A stretch of DNA of 64,000 bases from an uncultured virus (IMG/VR IMGVR_UViG_3300025410_000018) (IMGVR_UViG_3300025410_000018), one strand, 5' to 3'. Counted from the stretch's first letter, positions 48,402 to 58,070 are shown. Numbers and translations are program-made. Notes: generated from the letters alone by a model not told the origin.

Positions 48402-48854
48402 TTATTTAGAACCATTACCAAAACCGCGTCCTCTAGTTACTGTAGATTTGTTGTCAGTAAATAAAGGCATACGGGCATCATTGTTACGCATAAAGTGATT
48501 GTCCACTGAAGCCATTTGGTTTTCGGCAACTTGAGCGTAGTGTTCTCTGCGTGCTTCCACCATTTCTTCTGGTGCTTTACAAAGAATCAATCCACCGATT
48601 TCGACGTTTCCGTCTTTATTGCCAGCAACCTGTAACTCAGGGTGATCAACTGCTTTTACGGGTACCCAGCCTTCACGGAATTTTTGTGACATGTTAGTGT
48701 GATTTGACTCACCTCCAACTTCAGCCGCAAGATAACGGAATTTAAATCCCGGTTCCGGTGTAGGGTCAGGTAACGCGCTAGGCGGTTTATATACATAACG
48801 TGTAGGATTGTTTTCACGAGTTTCCTGATCTCGTTGAGTGCGATTATTAGCCAT
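48402..48854 (-). CDS. conserved head-module protein
   Basis: PPSALPDP, REGWVPV, IGGLILCK. Confidence 0.7.
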   Translation of the reverse strand: MANNRTQRDQETRENNPTRYVYKPPSALPDPTPEPGFKFRYLAAEVGGESNHTNMSQKFREGWVPVKAVDHPELQVAGNKDGNVEIGGLILCKAPEEMVEARREHYAQVAENQMASVDNHFMRNNDARMPLFTDNKSTVTRGRGFGNGSK

Positions 48855-49812
48855 TGTTGTTCTCCAATTTTAAAGCGTGATTAGCGTATTCTTCATATGA
48901 AAGTCCAAATTTATCTGCTATGCGTTTAGCTGTTGCAGAAAGTTTGACCTGTTTTTTTGCTCCCGTAGAACGGGTAGCAGATGCAACTACGGTTGCAGGC
49001 TTTTTAGTTGGCTCAACACGGGCTGGTTCGTCTTCACTCTTAAATACTTCAGGGAAAACTTGCTTTATGCGAGAGTCTACTCTCTCGAAATATTCTGCGG
49101 TGCGCGGGTCATAACCCGTAGCTACTAGTTTTTGGTGCAGCCCTAGTGCAAAAGCCGTCATTTCTTCGTACCCCGGTGCCCCGAACCACTGGTTTTTTGC
49201 TTGCCAGCGCAAGGTTCTTTCGTCGAGTCTCGGTGTTTCTGGTACTTGTGCCTCTATTTTTACATTATTTAAATCACTTTGTAAAGGGGTTGGACGAAAA
49301 TTTTTTGCTGCTTCTAATCTTAATTTTGCTTCCGTCAATTTTTCTTGTGCTTCAAGCATGACATCAGCATCGTAAGAATCAGCCGCAGCCTTATAATTAC
49401 GTCTTGCCATTTCTAGTTCTGCTTCTGCTTTCTCTTTTAAAGTCTCAGCATAAGAAGCTTCACCAGTTTGAACGTATTGCTTTAATTTACGATTTTCTTC
49501 TAACGCAGAATGAGCTAATCTTTCTAACTCAGCTTTTTCTCTAGCTAGCGCTTCCTTAGCACGACGTTCATCATGTCTTGCATGTGTAAGTTCTTTAATC
49601 CTTGCTTGAACAGATTTACTATACTGCTCAATCTCTTCATCTGTTGGATCTTCTACTTCACGGTTTAAAGGCTGCGCGCGTCTATCGCGTTCAGGTGTAT
49701 CGTCTTCAATGACAATGTCTATGTCCGTCTCAGCATCGACATTAACATCGACTTCGTTTTTTGGATTTTCATCCAAACCCATTTCATCTGGGAATTTGTA
49801 ATCATCACTCAT
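48847..49812 (-). CDS. capsid scaffolding protein
   Basis: Acidic N-terminus, coiled coil, NQWFG, C-terminal IADKFGLSYEEYA. Confidence 0.75.
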   Translation of the reverse strand: MSDDYKFPDEMGLDENPKNEVDVNVDAETDIDIVIEDDTPERDRRAQPLNREVEDPTDEEIEQYSKSVQARIKELTHARHDERRAKEALAREKAELERLAHSALEENRKLKQYVQTGEASYAETLKEKAEAELEMARRNYKAAADSYDADVMLEAQEKLTEAKLRLEAAKNFRPTPLQSDLNNVKIEAQVPETPRLDERTLRWQAKNQWFGAPGYEEMTAFALGLHQKLVATGYDPRTAEYFERVDSRIKQVFPEVFKSEDEPARVEPTKKPATVVASATRSTGAKKQVKLSATAKRIADKFGLSYEEYANHALKLENNNG

Positions 49813-49821
49813 TTATATCTC

Positions 49822-50286
49822 CTACTTAAAAGCACCGAAATAACGCTCGGTGTGTACGTTTGATTTACTTTGATTCCACAAAGCAGGTACTACCTGAAGA
49901 TTACTAAATACACAAGTGCCTCCTTTTGAAACAGGCACTATATGATCGACATGCCAACAACCGCCAACAATTTTATTTCGTAGACGCGTTAAAGAAACCG
50001 CCTCATTCAACACAAACTTATCTATTTCAGATAAGTTTTTTTCAAAACTGCGTCTAACTATTTGGTATCGTAAGCGTGCTTGTTTTCTAGCTTCAGAAAG
50101 AGGTTTAGTAGCTCTAAGTGTTTCTATTTTAGATCTACCGCCGGAAGCAACATACGCTTTATCTTCTTTGCGTTTTTGCGCTTTGCCTTTCTCTGTTGCA
50201 TAATAGCGTTTTTTAGCCGCTTTAACCTTTTCAGGATTGGCTTTTTGCCAAGCACGTATTTGAGTTATCCGTTTTTCACTAAGCAC
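49822..50286 (-). CDS. HNH endonuclease
   Basis: WHVDHIVPVSKGG...NLQVVPALWNQSKSN. Confidence 0.88.
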   Translation of the reverse strand: MLSEKRITQIRAWQKANPEKVKAAKKRYYATEKGKAQKRKEDKAYVASGGRSKIETLRATKPLSEARKQARLRYQIVRRSFEKNLSEIDKFVLNEAVSLTRLRNKIVGGCWHVDHIVPVSKGGTCVFSNLQVVPALWNQSKSNVHTERYFGAFK

Positions 50287-50716
50287 GGCGTATACCTCTA
50301 GGGTCCTCTACTACACCTTCAACCTGATCATCATAGATAATCCGGAACTCTTTGCCATGGATTTTCATCCTTGTCCCTGTGTATGGTCTGGTAATAACAA
50401 AATCACCTTCTCTACACCACGGTCCTGACGGAAACTTCTCTGCATCTTTATATGCGTCGGGTCCAAGTTTGATAACAAACAAAACAGGAGAAGTTAATTC
50501 CTCAACCATCTTCGTTTCATCTGCTTTAATAAGACCATTTTCAAACGTATCACCGGCTTCAACTAAAGCGCAAAGAATCTTAAACCCACTTGGAGTAGGC
50601 ATTGATTTGGCTTTTTGTTCCGCTTTTTCATACTCTTCATCTACTACAGGTGCTGCTGGTACTACGCCCGGAGGTAGAATTAACCCCTGTTCCGGTAATG
50701 CGATGGTGTCACTCAT
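50279..50716 (-). CDS. groES: co-chaperonin GroES
   Basis: PTPSGFKIL, LGPDAYKD, WCREGDFV, YTGTR, EFRIIYDDQV. Confidence 0.85.
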   Translation of the reverse strand: MSDTIALPEQGLILPPGVVPAAPVVDEEYEKAEQKAKSMPTPSGFKILCALVEAGDTFENGLIKADETKMVEELTSPVLFVIKLGPDAYKDAEKFPSGPWCREGDFVITRPYTGTRMKIHGKEFRIIYDDQVEGVVEDPRGIRRA

Positions 50717-50915
50717 CGTTGTCTTCTTCCATAAGTTGTGCGAGGTCAAGTAAATGGCGCTCTGCTAAGGCTAGACCTCGAATCACCCCACAGAGCTCTT
50801 TGTAAACTTCAAAGTTTGAGCACTGACCATTTGCCAAGTCGTCAGTGTAATTGTTCATATCCTCTCTTAATTTTTTTCTAAGAGCGTCAACAAAACTAAG
50901 TGCTTGTAAATCCAT
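50709..50915 (-). CDS. conserved small head-module protein
   Basis: LANGQC..FEVYKELCGVIRGL between portal and GroES. Confidence 0.7.
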   Translation of the reverse strand: MDLQALSFVDALRKKLREDMNNYTDDLANGQCSNFEVYKELCGVIRGLALAERHLLDLAQLMEEDNDE

Positions 50916-53341
50916 TATTGATTTCCTTTATTTGTTTTCATTTGAGCTTTATGTTTGGCTACATCAACGCCAACTTTTAGTCCTTCTAACTGCGAAGATT
51001 GTTTATCTTTGCCTGCCTGCATACCAAGTCTAACTTGTTCGTTTCTGTTTTTATCCATAATCTCCATTTGTTTAAGGTGAATTTCATCTGCTTTAGCTGC
51101 AACATCCGCCATCATTTTTTTCTTCTTAATATCTAATTCTTGCTGTTTTATCTGTAATTCTTGTTGCTGAATCTGCAAGATCGGATCTTGTGCGTTCTGT
51201 TGGGCTTGTTGTTGAGCCATATGCGCTTTACTTTCCTGCAACACTTGACCAGATGCTTGAGCCATGAGCCTACTAATTTGATTCTCAATCTCTGGTGGCA
51301 GAGTATCTTCAGGACTAGGTAAGGCAACACCCAATGCTTTTTCAATCTTCTGTCTGTATGCAAACCCTACGTGTTCTGCAATATGCGCCTGCATTGCCGC
51401 CATAATAGCCTGCGCTTGTGGGTTCTGCCCAATCATCTGTTGAACAAGAGGGTCAGTCATAGCTGCTTGGTGCACTGCAATATGAGACTCATGGTCTTGG
51501 AATATAAAGGCTTTTAGTGGTTCGCCTTTTAATGCCTTCATATTTTCTGTTACAGGATCTGTAGGTTTCTCATCTTCTGGTAACGGCACTAGCTTATCTG
51601 CGTGTTTTATTCCGAGGACTTCAAGCATTTGCCTGTGTAACTGGGGAAGATTATATATTTGGGGGGCAGTTTGGGACAATTGTATAACTGCTTGGTATTG
51701 AACCACTCGCTGTGAAAGAGTGGCAGCATTAGGATCGGAAACAGGATGAATATCGACCCTATGATAATCAGATTGCTTAATATTGCGCCCACCCTCTTCA
51801 GGATCATAGTCATAGTCTTCCGGTGTGTAATCACGAATAATCTCCGCTAGTAATTGAAGTTCTTGTTTTAACGCGAAGTGTACACGAGCCTGCACCGCAG
51901 ACATTACTTTAAGCGTTCTTTCCAAAATAGCTAGTGTAGATCCCACTGGCGCTTGGTTACTCATATCAGAAATCTTTAAGTCGCCTGTTGCAGCAAACCT
52001 ACGTCCTTCTTCTACAATTGTTCCTAACAAGTTATACAGCGTTGCAGATGGTTCTTTATATGGCAAAGGCAGAATATTATCCCGCATACTACCACTACCC
52101 AAGTCTACATCACGCCATTCCCCCGGAGCAATCGGAGTATCGTCGCCTTTAATTCTTAAACCACGAGTTTTTAATCCGCCGGGTAAATTGGAAAGAGTAC
52201 CAGCGTCAACAAGCTGGCGCATAATGCTGGTAGCACTTTTAGCAAAGCCTCCGACCAAATGGAACAAACCAAAACCATAAGCTCCATAGCCGGGGATGTA
52301 CTGATAATGAACAAAATGATGTCTTTTAAGTTTGAGCTCATCGTCTTCTTTCCAGTTTCTGCGAATAGATAATATATCATTTGTACCACGTAGCATTGTC
52401 ACTACGTAAGGTAGCGCAATACCGGTTTCCTCTCCGTCGTCAGTATCTTCGTATCCGGGAAGGTCAAGGTCCACGTGTATTTCATAAAGCTCGAATCTAT
52501 CGTCATAAGACGCTGAGAAACCAGTTTCTTTATCTTTTTTGTCCTGAATATCAGTGTAAAATTTTTGAGGTTCTCCAAGTTCAATTTCCCTATAAAAACC
52601 AGCATGCATTAATTTTATCAAATCATTCTTTGTTTTACGCATACGGTGGGTAATTCTATGGCAGACCGTAATATCACTTGTACCATATGGAATTAATATA
52701 TCTTCCGCCGGTACAAAAACGGAAACTTGTCTTTCTAAATTTGGATCGTAATACACTTTTTTAAACGCAGAACCTGCACTTGGCAAGTTCCACAACATCT
52801 TCTCGTGCTCTGATCTATATTCAGGCATTTTTTCTGTAAGCTGGTAGTTCATATCTTCTTCTACGCGTTGAGCAGCTGCTTTAATCTCAGGCGTTTCTTT
52901 ACCAACAATACTTGTTCTTACAGGTCCACGGGCAGGGAATGTCTCCATAATAGCTTCAGACTGGAACCTAACAACCGCTTCTGTAATCATCGGATGGAAC
53001 ACACCGCAAGCACCATCCCACGGTTCTGTTCTTTCTTCAAACTTTAGACCAAGTAGGGTAATCCCTTCCTTGTACATTTTTTCCCAATCTTTGCGGGAGT
53101 CAATATCGTTCTTAATATCTTCACTCAAATCCCCAGCTAAAGACTGTAGCTCACTTGGGTCCATCACCTCAGCTAAGTTTTGGTTAAAGTCATCTTCCCC
53201 ATCTTTCTCTATGTCGATCTCCATATCACCTGCTGATATATGTACCGCTTCTGGATCTTCAATCTCGATCTCAATATCTGGTTGATCTGCTAGGGCTTCT
53301 AGTCCTTGGGGTGCTTGGTATAACGATTTATCGACTGCCAT
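50915..53341 (-). CDS. portal protein
   Basis: 808 aa after terminase; GSAFKKVYYD, RQLVDAGTLSNLPGG, Gln-rich coiled C-terminus. Confidence 0.88.
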   Translation of the reverse strand: MAVDKSLYQAPQGLEALADQPDIEIEIEDPEAVHISAGDMEIDIEKDGEDDFNQNLAEVMDPSELQSLAGDLSEDIKNDIDSRKDWEKMYKEGITLLGLKFEERTEPWDGACGVFHPMITEAVVRFQSEAIMETFPARGPVRTSIVGKETPEIKAAAQRVEEDMNYQLTEKMPEYRSEHEKMLWNLPSAGSAFKKVYYDPNLERQVSVFVPAEDILIPYGTSDITVCHRITHRMRKTKNDLIKLMHAGFYREIELGEPQKFYTDIQDKKDKETGFSASYDDRFELYEIHVDLDLPGYEDTDDGEETGIALPYVVTMLRGTNDILSIRRNWKEDDELKLKRHHFVHYQYIPGYGAYGFGLFHLVGGFAKSATSIMRQLVDAGTLSNLPGGLKTRGLRIKGDDTPIAPGEWRDVDLGSGSMRDNILPLPYKEPSATLYNLLGTIVEEGRRFAATGDLKISDMSNQAPVGSTLAILERTLKVMSAVQARVHFALKQELQLLAEIIRDYTPEDYDYDPEEGGRNIKQSDYHRVDIHPVSDPNAATLSQRVVQYQAVIQLSQTAPQIYNLPQLHRQMLEVLGIKHADKLVPLPEDEKPTDPVTENMKALKGEPLKAFIFQDHESHIAVHQAAMTDPLVQQMIGQNPQAQAIMAAMQAHIAEHVGFAYRQKIEKALGVALPSPEDTLPPEIENQISRLMAQASGQVLQESKAHMAQQQAQQNAQDPILQIQQQELQIKQQELDIKKKKMMADVAAKADEIHLKQMEIMDKNRNEQVRLGMQAGKDKQSSQLEGLKVGVDVAKHKAQMKTNKGNQ

Positions 53342-53350
53342 AATTTATCC

Positions 53351-54868
53351 TTAATAATAAGCGGCTCTGCGCGCTCTAAAATACGAATCTTCTTTCTCAT
53401 CTGAGTCCAAGCTAATGAACCCGCCCTGTCTGTACCTAAGTAGTGCTTGTGATACCGTATCCACATAGTCATCATGCTCGCCTACGGGGAATGAAGCAAC
53501 TTCTTCTACAACTTCACGTGCCCACCTAGTATCAGGTGCCCACACTTTACCGCTTGTAAATAAATCAGCAACGGCATTAAGTCTCACTATCTTATCATTA
53601 CCACGCGACGGTGTAAATTCCTGCACCGGTATACCCATTCTTCTTAATTCTTGAATCAACGGCGACCCCGCTGCCTTTTTCTCCACTATGAACGCATCAG
53701 GCTGCCACTCTTTGTAATGTTTAAGTGCCATCTGTTTTAGTTCTGGAAACGCCATCCTATCTTTAAAAGCGTCAAGGAGAATAATATTAGGCTGGTTTTT
53801 GTCCTCATTGTTATACCAAACGCCCCAAGTTGTACATGCAGAATAGTCAGCTGTTGTTTTAGTTTCAAACGCCGTATCCCAAGACTGTATAACATACTCA
53901 CATCTAGGTGGGTCGTCTGCTTCCCAAATATTCCAGTCCTTCCTACCAATTATTGCCGCAGAATCTGCGGTTGGATTCTGCATATACTGAGCGTTCCAAT
54001 ATCTTGGATCAATAGATGCCTTCGTATTCTTTAGCGCTTCAAGGGGCCACTGTTCGGGCCAAAGGCTTTTCTCATCTTCTGTATCTTCGTTAAGAATCGC
54101 AGGCAGTTCTACCAATTCCCACGGAATAGTATTAGGGTTTTTAATCTGGTAGTCCAGCAATCGTCCTGTCAAGTCAAGTAATGACCATCTAGTCATAATG
54201 ACTATAATAGCTCCGCCGGGCATCAAACGCTGTAACGGACCAGTCTGAAACCAACTCCAAGCAGTATCGAACGCTAAACGAGAATTTGACTTAACGTCTT
54301 GCTCAGAATGTGGGTCATCAATAACAAATAAATCAGCGCCACGACCGGCGAGAGCGCCGCCAACACCAGCGGCATAATATTGTCCACCTGCCCCAGTACT
54401 CCACTTGCCCGCAGCCTTCTGGTCATCCGCAACAACTGTGTCCGGAAATATTTCATGGTACTCCTCACTTTCTAATAAGTTTCTTACACGCCGTCCAAAG
54501 TCTTCTGACAAACCCGCTGTATGGGTTCCCATAATAATCTTCTTCTCAGGGTATTTACCTAGAAAGTATGCCGGAAATAAATACGAACTAAACTCAGATT
54601 TTCCCATCCTTGGTGCAATATTAATAATAACGCGCTTTTTGCGCCCCTCAACAACATCTTGGAATATTTTAGCTAAGCGTCTGTGCTGTGGTCCAATCTT
54701 AAAGCCGGGGTATATTCTTTTAGCAAACTCTAGCATGTCATCTTTAGCTAGATCAATTTCACCACGACGTTCTTTTTCTTCTAAATCTTCTAGAAACTTA
54801 AGCTTTTCCGCTTTTGTCATTAGTGGTAGCGCTTTTTGCGCTGCTTGTAGTTCTTCAGGACTTAGCAT
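53351..54868 (-). CDS. terL: terminase large subunit
   Basis: APRMGKS Walker A, VIDDPH Walker B, QSWDTA, VEKKAAG, FPVGEHDDYVD. Confidence 0.95.
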   Translation of the reverse strand: MLSPEELQAAQKALPLMTKAEKLKFLEDLEEKERRGEIDLAKDDMLEFAKRIYPGFKIGPQHRRLAKIFQDVVEGRKKRVIINIAPRMGKSEFSSYLFPAYFLGKYPEKKIIMGTHTAGLSEDFGRRVRNLLESEEYHEIFPDTVVADDQKAAGKWSTGAGGQYYAAGVGGALAGRGADLFVIDDPHSEQDVKSNSRLAFDTAWSWFQTGPLQRLMPGGAIIVIMTRWSLLDLTGRLLDYQIKNPNTIPWELVELPAILNEDTEDEKSLWPEQWPLEALKNTKASIDPRYWNAQYMQNPTADSAAIIGRKDWNIWEADDPPRCEYVIQSWDTAFETKTTADYSACTTWGVWYNNEDKNQPNIILLDAFKDRMAFPELKQMALKHYKEWQPDAFIVEKKAAGSPLIQELRRMGIPVQEFTPSRGNDKIVRLNAVADLFTSGKVWAPDTRWAREVVEEVASFPVGEHDDYVDTVSQALLRYRQGGFISLDSDEKEDSYFRARRAAYY

Positions 54869-55451
54869 CGCCGCCTTCTACCTGTTTAGATTCCACATCC
54901 ACAACTTCTACTTTACCCATAAACTTACCAAGCTTCTCCTTAATACGTTTCTCAAGCTCTTCATCGCTAACATCTTCAGTTTTAACCTGTACCCTGTCAG
55001 TAAATAGGGCGACTTCTGTAACCTTACCTAGCATTTCTAAAGCTTTTAAACGTATTCTAGCGTCTGGGTGGTCAGTTTCTTGCACAATTTTTGTTACAGC
55101 CATGCTTCTAAGCTCTTCTGCCTGCTCAATAAACTTCCACTGGTATGCGCTGACCATTGCTACCGTAGATCTAATCTCTTCTGGTACTTCTAACTTTAGA
55201 AGTTGTTCTTTGGCTTTAGGGTCGGCGTTAATTAATGCGGTGAATGCTTCAACAGCTTTGGCTTCTTGCGCTTTTGACACGATCATGTCGTCCTCTCCGG
55301 TAATATCGGCAAGCCAATCCGTCGTTTTTATCTGAGCGTCAAGTGTTTGTGAGGGAGAAATTTTATTTAAAGAGGTAAAGTCTTGCCGTTCTGCCTCTGG
55401 GACAGGTAGAAAGTCTGCTTCATTTGCTTCTACTAAGTGACTCAATAACAA
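54855..55451 (-). CDS. terS: putative terminase small subunit
   Basis: Directly upstream of terL; RLKALEMLGKVTEVALF pattern. Confidence 0.65.
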   Translation of the reverse strand: MLLSHLVEANEADFLPVPEAERQDFTSLNKISPSQTLDAQIKTTDWLADITGEDDMIVSKAQEAKAVEAFTALINADPKAKEQLLKLEVPEEIRSTVAMVSAYQWKFIEQAEELRSMAVTKIVQETDHPDARIRLKALEMLGKVTEVALFTDRVQVKTEDVSDEELEKRIKEKLGKFMGKVEVVDVESKQVEGGDAKS

Positions 55452-55518
55452 GTTAACCTCTCTTTTTTGCGCGGTGGGTTCGCGTATGGTTTCGATTGTA
55501 ACAGTATTTTAATTTTTT

Positions 55519-55602
55519 TGTTATACTGGCGTTGCAAGTGCTCATACATTTGCTTTTCCTTTAGTATTCTTTAGCCCCATCCTAAGCGTTGGGGCTTTTT
55601 TT
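55519..55602 (+). ncRNA. candidate small RNA (extended -10 promoter, hairpin, pyrimidine tract, terminator)
   Basis: TGTTATACT 55519-55527; hairpin 55534-55553; AGCCCCA/TGGGGCT stem plus T-run 55573-55602. Confidence 0.4.
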
Positions 55603-55770
55603 ATTGGCTAGTGTCTAAGATTTGACATGACTCATAGGATTTTTTACAAAATTTGACATTTTTTTAAGTTGCGTGTGAGGAATAGTGATCTAGTGGACTG
55701 GACTGTCCTCGTCGATTTGAGGTGGGTTGGGGGGTAGTGGGGTAAATATAGATACTAGAATCATACCATA

Positions 55771-55779
55771 TGTTATAAT
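55771..55779 (+). promoter_or_regulatory. extended -10 early promoter
   Basis: TGTTATAAT upstream of first early gene. Confidence 0.55.
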
Positions 55780-55811
55780 AGAGTCATCTAGTGAGGAATT
55801 GCTAGTGTGTT

Positions 55812-55837
55812 GCCAAGCCACTTCGCTTGGCTTTTTT
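55812..55837 (+). terminator. terminator-like hairpin in early leader
   Basis: GCCAAGC-CACTTC-GCTTGGC-TTTTTT just before GGAGG RBS. Confidence 0.55.
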
Positions 55838-55850
55838 ATTTGGAGGTTTT

Positions 55851-56261
55851 ATGAAGGCTGTCTTTACGAAATACATTGATGCTGTTGCTAAACACATTGA
55901 TGCTGGTGTCTCTCTCAAAGAAGTTATGGATACAGTTAAGCCTATCTATAACAAGTCAAGCCTAGAGGAACAGTTAGAGTTGCGTAGTGCTATTGCTACA
56001 CTCATTGGTAAGAAAAAGAAGGTCACACCAATCACGATTGAAAAAGGTGTTTACACAGGTTCGCTTGGTTTCAACGCACATGGCACAGCGAAAGAGGAAC
56101 AGGCTAGAGCAATGCTTAAGTATTATATGCCAACCCATGTGGAGAAAACCTCCACAACAAGTTCTAAACAGGTAGACCCGATTGTGCAACGTGCTAACAA
56201 ACTCAATAAGGATTTCACGAAAGCACAGTTACGCAAACTTGTTGCACTACTCAATGTTTAA
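55851..56261 (+). CDS. early hypothetical protein
   Basis: GGAGG RBS before ATG 55851. Confidence 0.75.
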   Translation: MKAVFTKYIDAVAKHIDAGVSLKEVMDTVKPIYNKSSLEEQLELRSAIATLIGKKKKVTPITIEKGVYTGSLGFNAHGTAKEEQARAMLKYYMPTHVEKTSTTSSKQVDPIVQRANKLNKDFTKAQLRKLVALLNV

Positions 56262-56345
56262 TCAAACCGACAGGGATTGCGAGAGGGTGAGGCTTTACTG
56301 CTATTTCAATTCCTGTCAAATCTAACTTAACGAAAGGAAATAAAT

Positions 56346-56564
56346 ATGAAACACACTCAAATTAAAAACCCAAACCAAAAGCACAGCCATCTACTTAGCA
56401 CGTTCAGCGAACTAACACTTGAACAGACGGCACTCTTACTTGATTGCATCTTATACGCAACAGTAGATACCAAATACATAGATGGCAACGACACACTCAA
56501 CGAATTGAAAGATGCCCTTAGTGCAACCCTAGCACTTGGTGTTATATATCAGGAGGCACGATGA
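56346..56564 (+). CDS. early hypothetical protein
   Basis: AAAGGA RBS. Confidence 0.65.
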   Translation: MKHTQIKNPNQKHSHLLSTFSELTLEQTALLLDCILYATVDTKYIDGNDTLNELKDALSATLALGVIYQEAR

Positions 56565-56731
56565 AATCAATATCACGAAAGAGAACTATACACATACGCA
56601 TTATGAGGGCGTATCGTGTTAATGGTAAAGCGTGGGACATCAACATCTCACGCCGTAAGCGTAGTAGCAGTATCCGTAAGGCAAAAGCAGTATCCAATCA
56701 AGTGGAGGTTTTCTCCACATCAACCATCTAA
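56561..56731 (+). CDS. 56-aa basic protein (not in ORF track)
   Basis: AGGAGG RBS; MKSISRKRTIHIRIMRAY...STI*. Confidence 0.5.
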   Translation: MKSISRKRTIHIRIMRAYRVNGKAWDINISRRKRSSSIRKAKAVSNQVEVFSTSTI

Positions 56732-56741
56732 GGAGAGCATT

Positions 56742-56948
56742 ATGAAAGCACTAAAGAACAACGCATCACTATGGGTATTAGTATTCAAGCAAGACAACAA
56801 AGTAACAGAGGTAGGCAACTACTATGACTCACTCAACAAAGCAATCAAGGCTGTGCGAAAGATGAACGGCATAGATACACTCAACACAGGGTGGACAGCC
56901 ATGACATCAGTAAGACTCGCAGACATGATGAGAAAGGAGATACGTTAA
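56742..56948 (+). CDS. early hypothetical protein
   Basis: AAGGAG RBS before MKALKNN. Confidence 0.65.
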   Translation: MKALKNNASLWVLVFKQDNKVTEVGNYYDSLNKAIKAVRKMNGIDTLNTGWTAMTSVRLADMMRKEIR

Positions 56949-56977
56949 CTTGTTATGGAGAGTTGTGTTGTTTTGCA

Positions 56978-57314
56978 CTAACGTCCAGCGTGTCCAACAT
57001 TGTTAGTTCTTTTAGCGTAGCACGGGACACCCCCCAAGCGTTTATATATAAGGCGTTGAAGATTTGAAGTCCAAGTGTCCACAATATAATATATATTATT
57101 TATTTATTTATATATATAGGGTTGTTAGTTTATTCATTGTTTTAATTTAAAGCACTAACATTCTTATAAAAAGGTTTATTGTTTATAGTATTCCAAAAAG
57201 ACTGGACAACTGGACATAACATCAGCAAACCCATATACTTAAAGGCACAAGAGGTGACTTACTCTGCACAAAAAAGAATAACAATGTTTGACACAATGGA
57301 CTGTTAGGTGGACA
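56978..57314. other. putative replication origin
   Basis: Non-coding; nested inverted GTCCA/TGGAC repeats around an AT-only core. Confidence 0.6.
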
Positions 57315-57347
57315 ATATAACTTTAATCATACAAAAAGGAACTAACA

Positions 57348-58070
57348 ATGAATAAACGTAAACCAATCACACGTAATTCAACGCCGAAACAAATCTATAA
57401 TTATTTGGTAAGCAACTACCCAAGTATGCCTGTTGCATTCATACACGCAAGAATAGATGCACTAAAAGAAAAGCGTAGGGCTAACAATCAAAAGAAACAA
57501 CTACGTGTTAGGTTAAAGACTGAATGGGCAGTAGTGCTAACACCCTTAAGAGATACGATACAAAGTATTATTACTCACCAACATCTCTATGAAGAAGCGA
57601 ACCCTGCTTATTATAAGTTCAACATTAAATACCTAGCACTTCTGCGTGCATTGAGAGATGAGTTGAAAGATAAAGAGAAGAACAACGTATCGCCAAAACC
57701 AAACGCAACATGGGTTGACTACGTGCCTGATGAAGTCAAGGATAAAGTAAAAGAAAAATATAATACCTTGCCACGCACCAGTCCTCATACTGTGTATCGA
57801 GAGATATTTAAAAGCCCGAACGTGCTGTCTAGAAACAAACAGAGTCAACGTAACAAGTTGAACGACCACATAGACAGAATGATAAATGAAATGGGTCGAG
57901 GTGTAGCGTCAGGGATACACGCTAATTATTATGAGATGAACTTACGTTTCTATGAGGAGGCGTTGCGTAGATTAAATAACTTGCCGTTTAAAAAGGCGAT
58001 ACCAAAAAGTGTGGAAGGTTTGTTTAGTGTTGAGGAGTTGTTGCAGTATGGGTATGTTAGTAGTATTTAA
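57348..58070 (+). CDS. basic hypothetical protein
   Basis: AAAGGA RBS, 240 aa. Confidence 0.75.
   Translation: MNKRKPITRNSTPKQIYNYLVSNYPSMPVAFIHARIDALKEKRRANNQKKQLRVRLKTEWAVVLTPLRDTIQSIITHQHLYEEANPAYYKFNIKYLALLRALRDELKDKEKNNVSPKPNATWVDYVPDEVKDKVKEKYNTLPRTSPHTVYREIFKSPNVLSRNKQSQRNKLNDHIDRMINEMGRGVASGIHANYYEMNLRFYEEALRRLNNLPFKKAIPKSVEGLFSVEELLQYGYVSSI

Noticed and set aside
54405..55335. Long plus-strand ORFs opposite the terminase genes
   Set aside because: Antisense shadows of well-supported terL/terS.
55452..57347. tRNA genes in the intergenic regions
   Set aside because: No cloverleaf with TTC-containing T-loop and acceptor stem found by eye.
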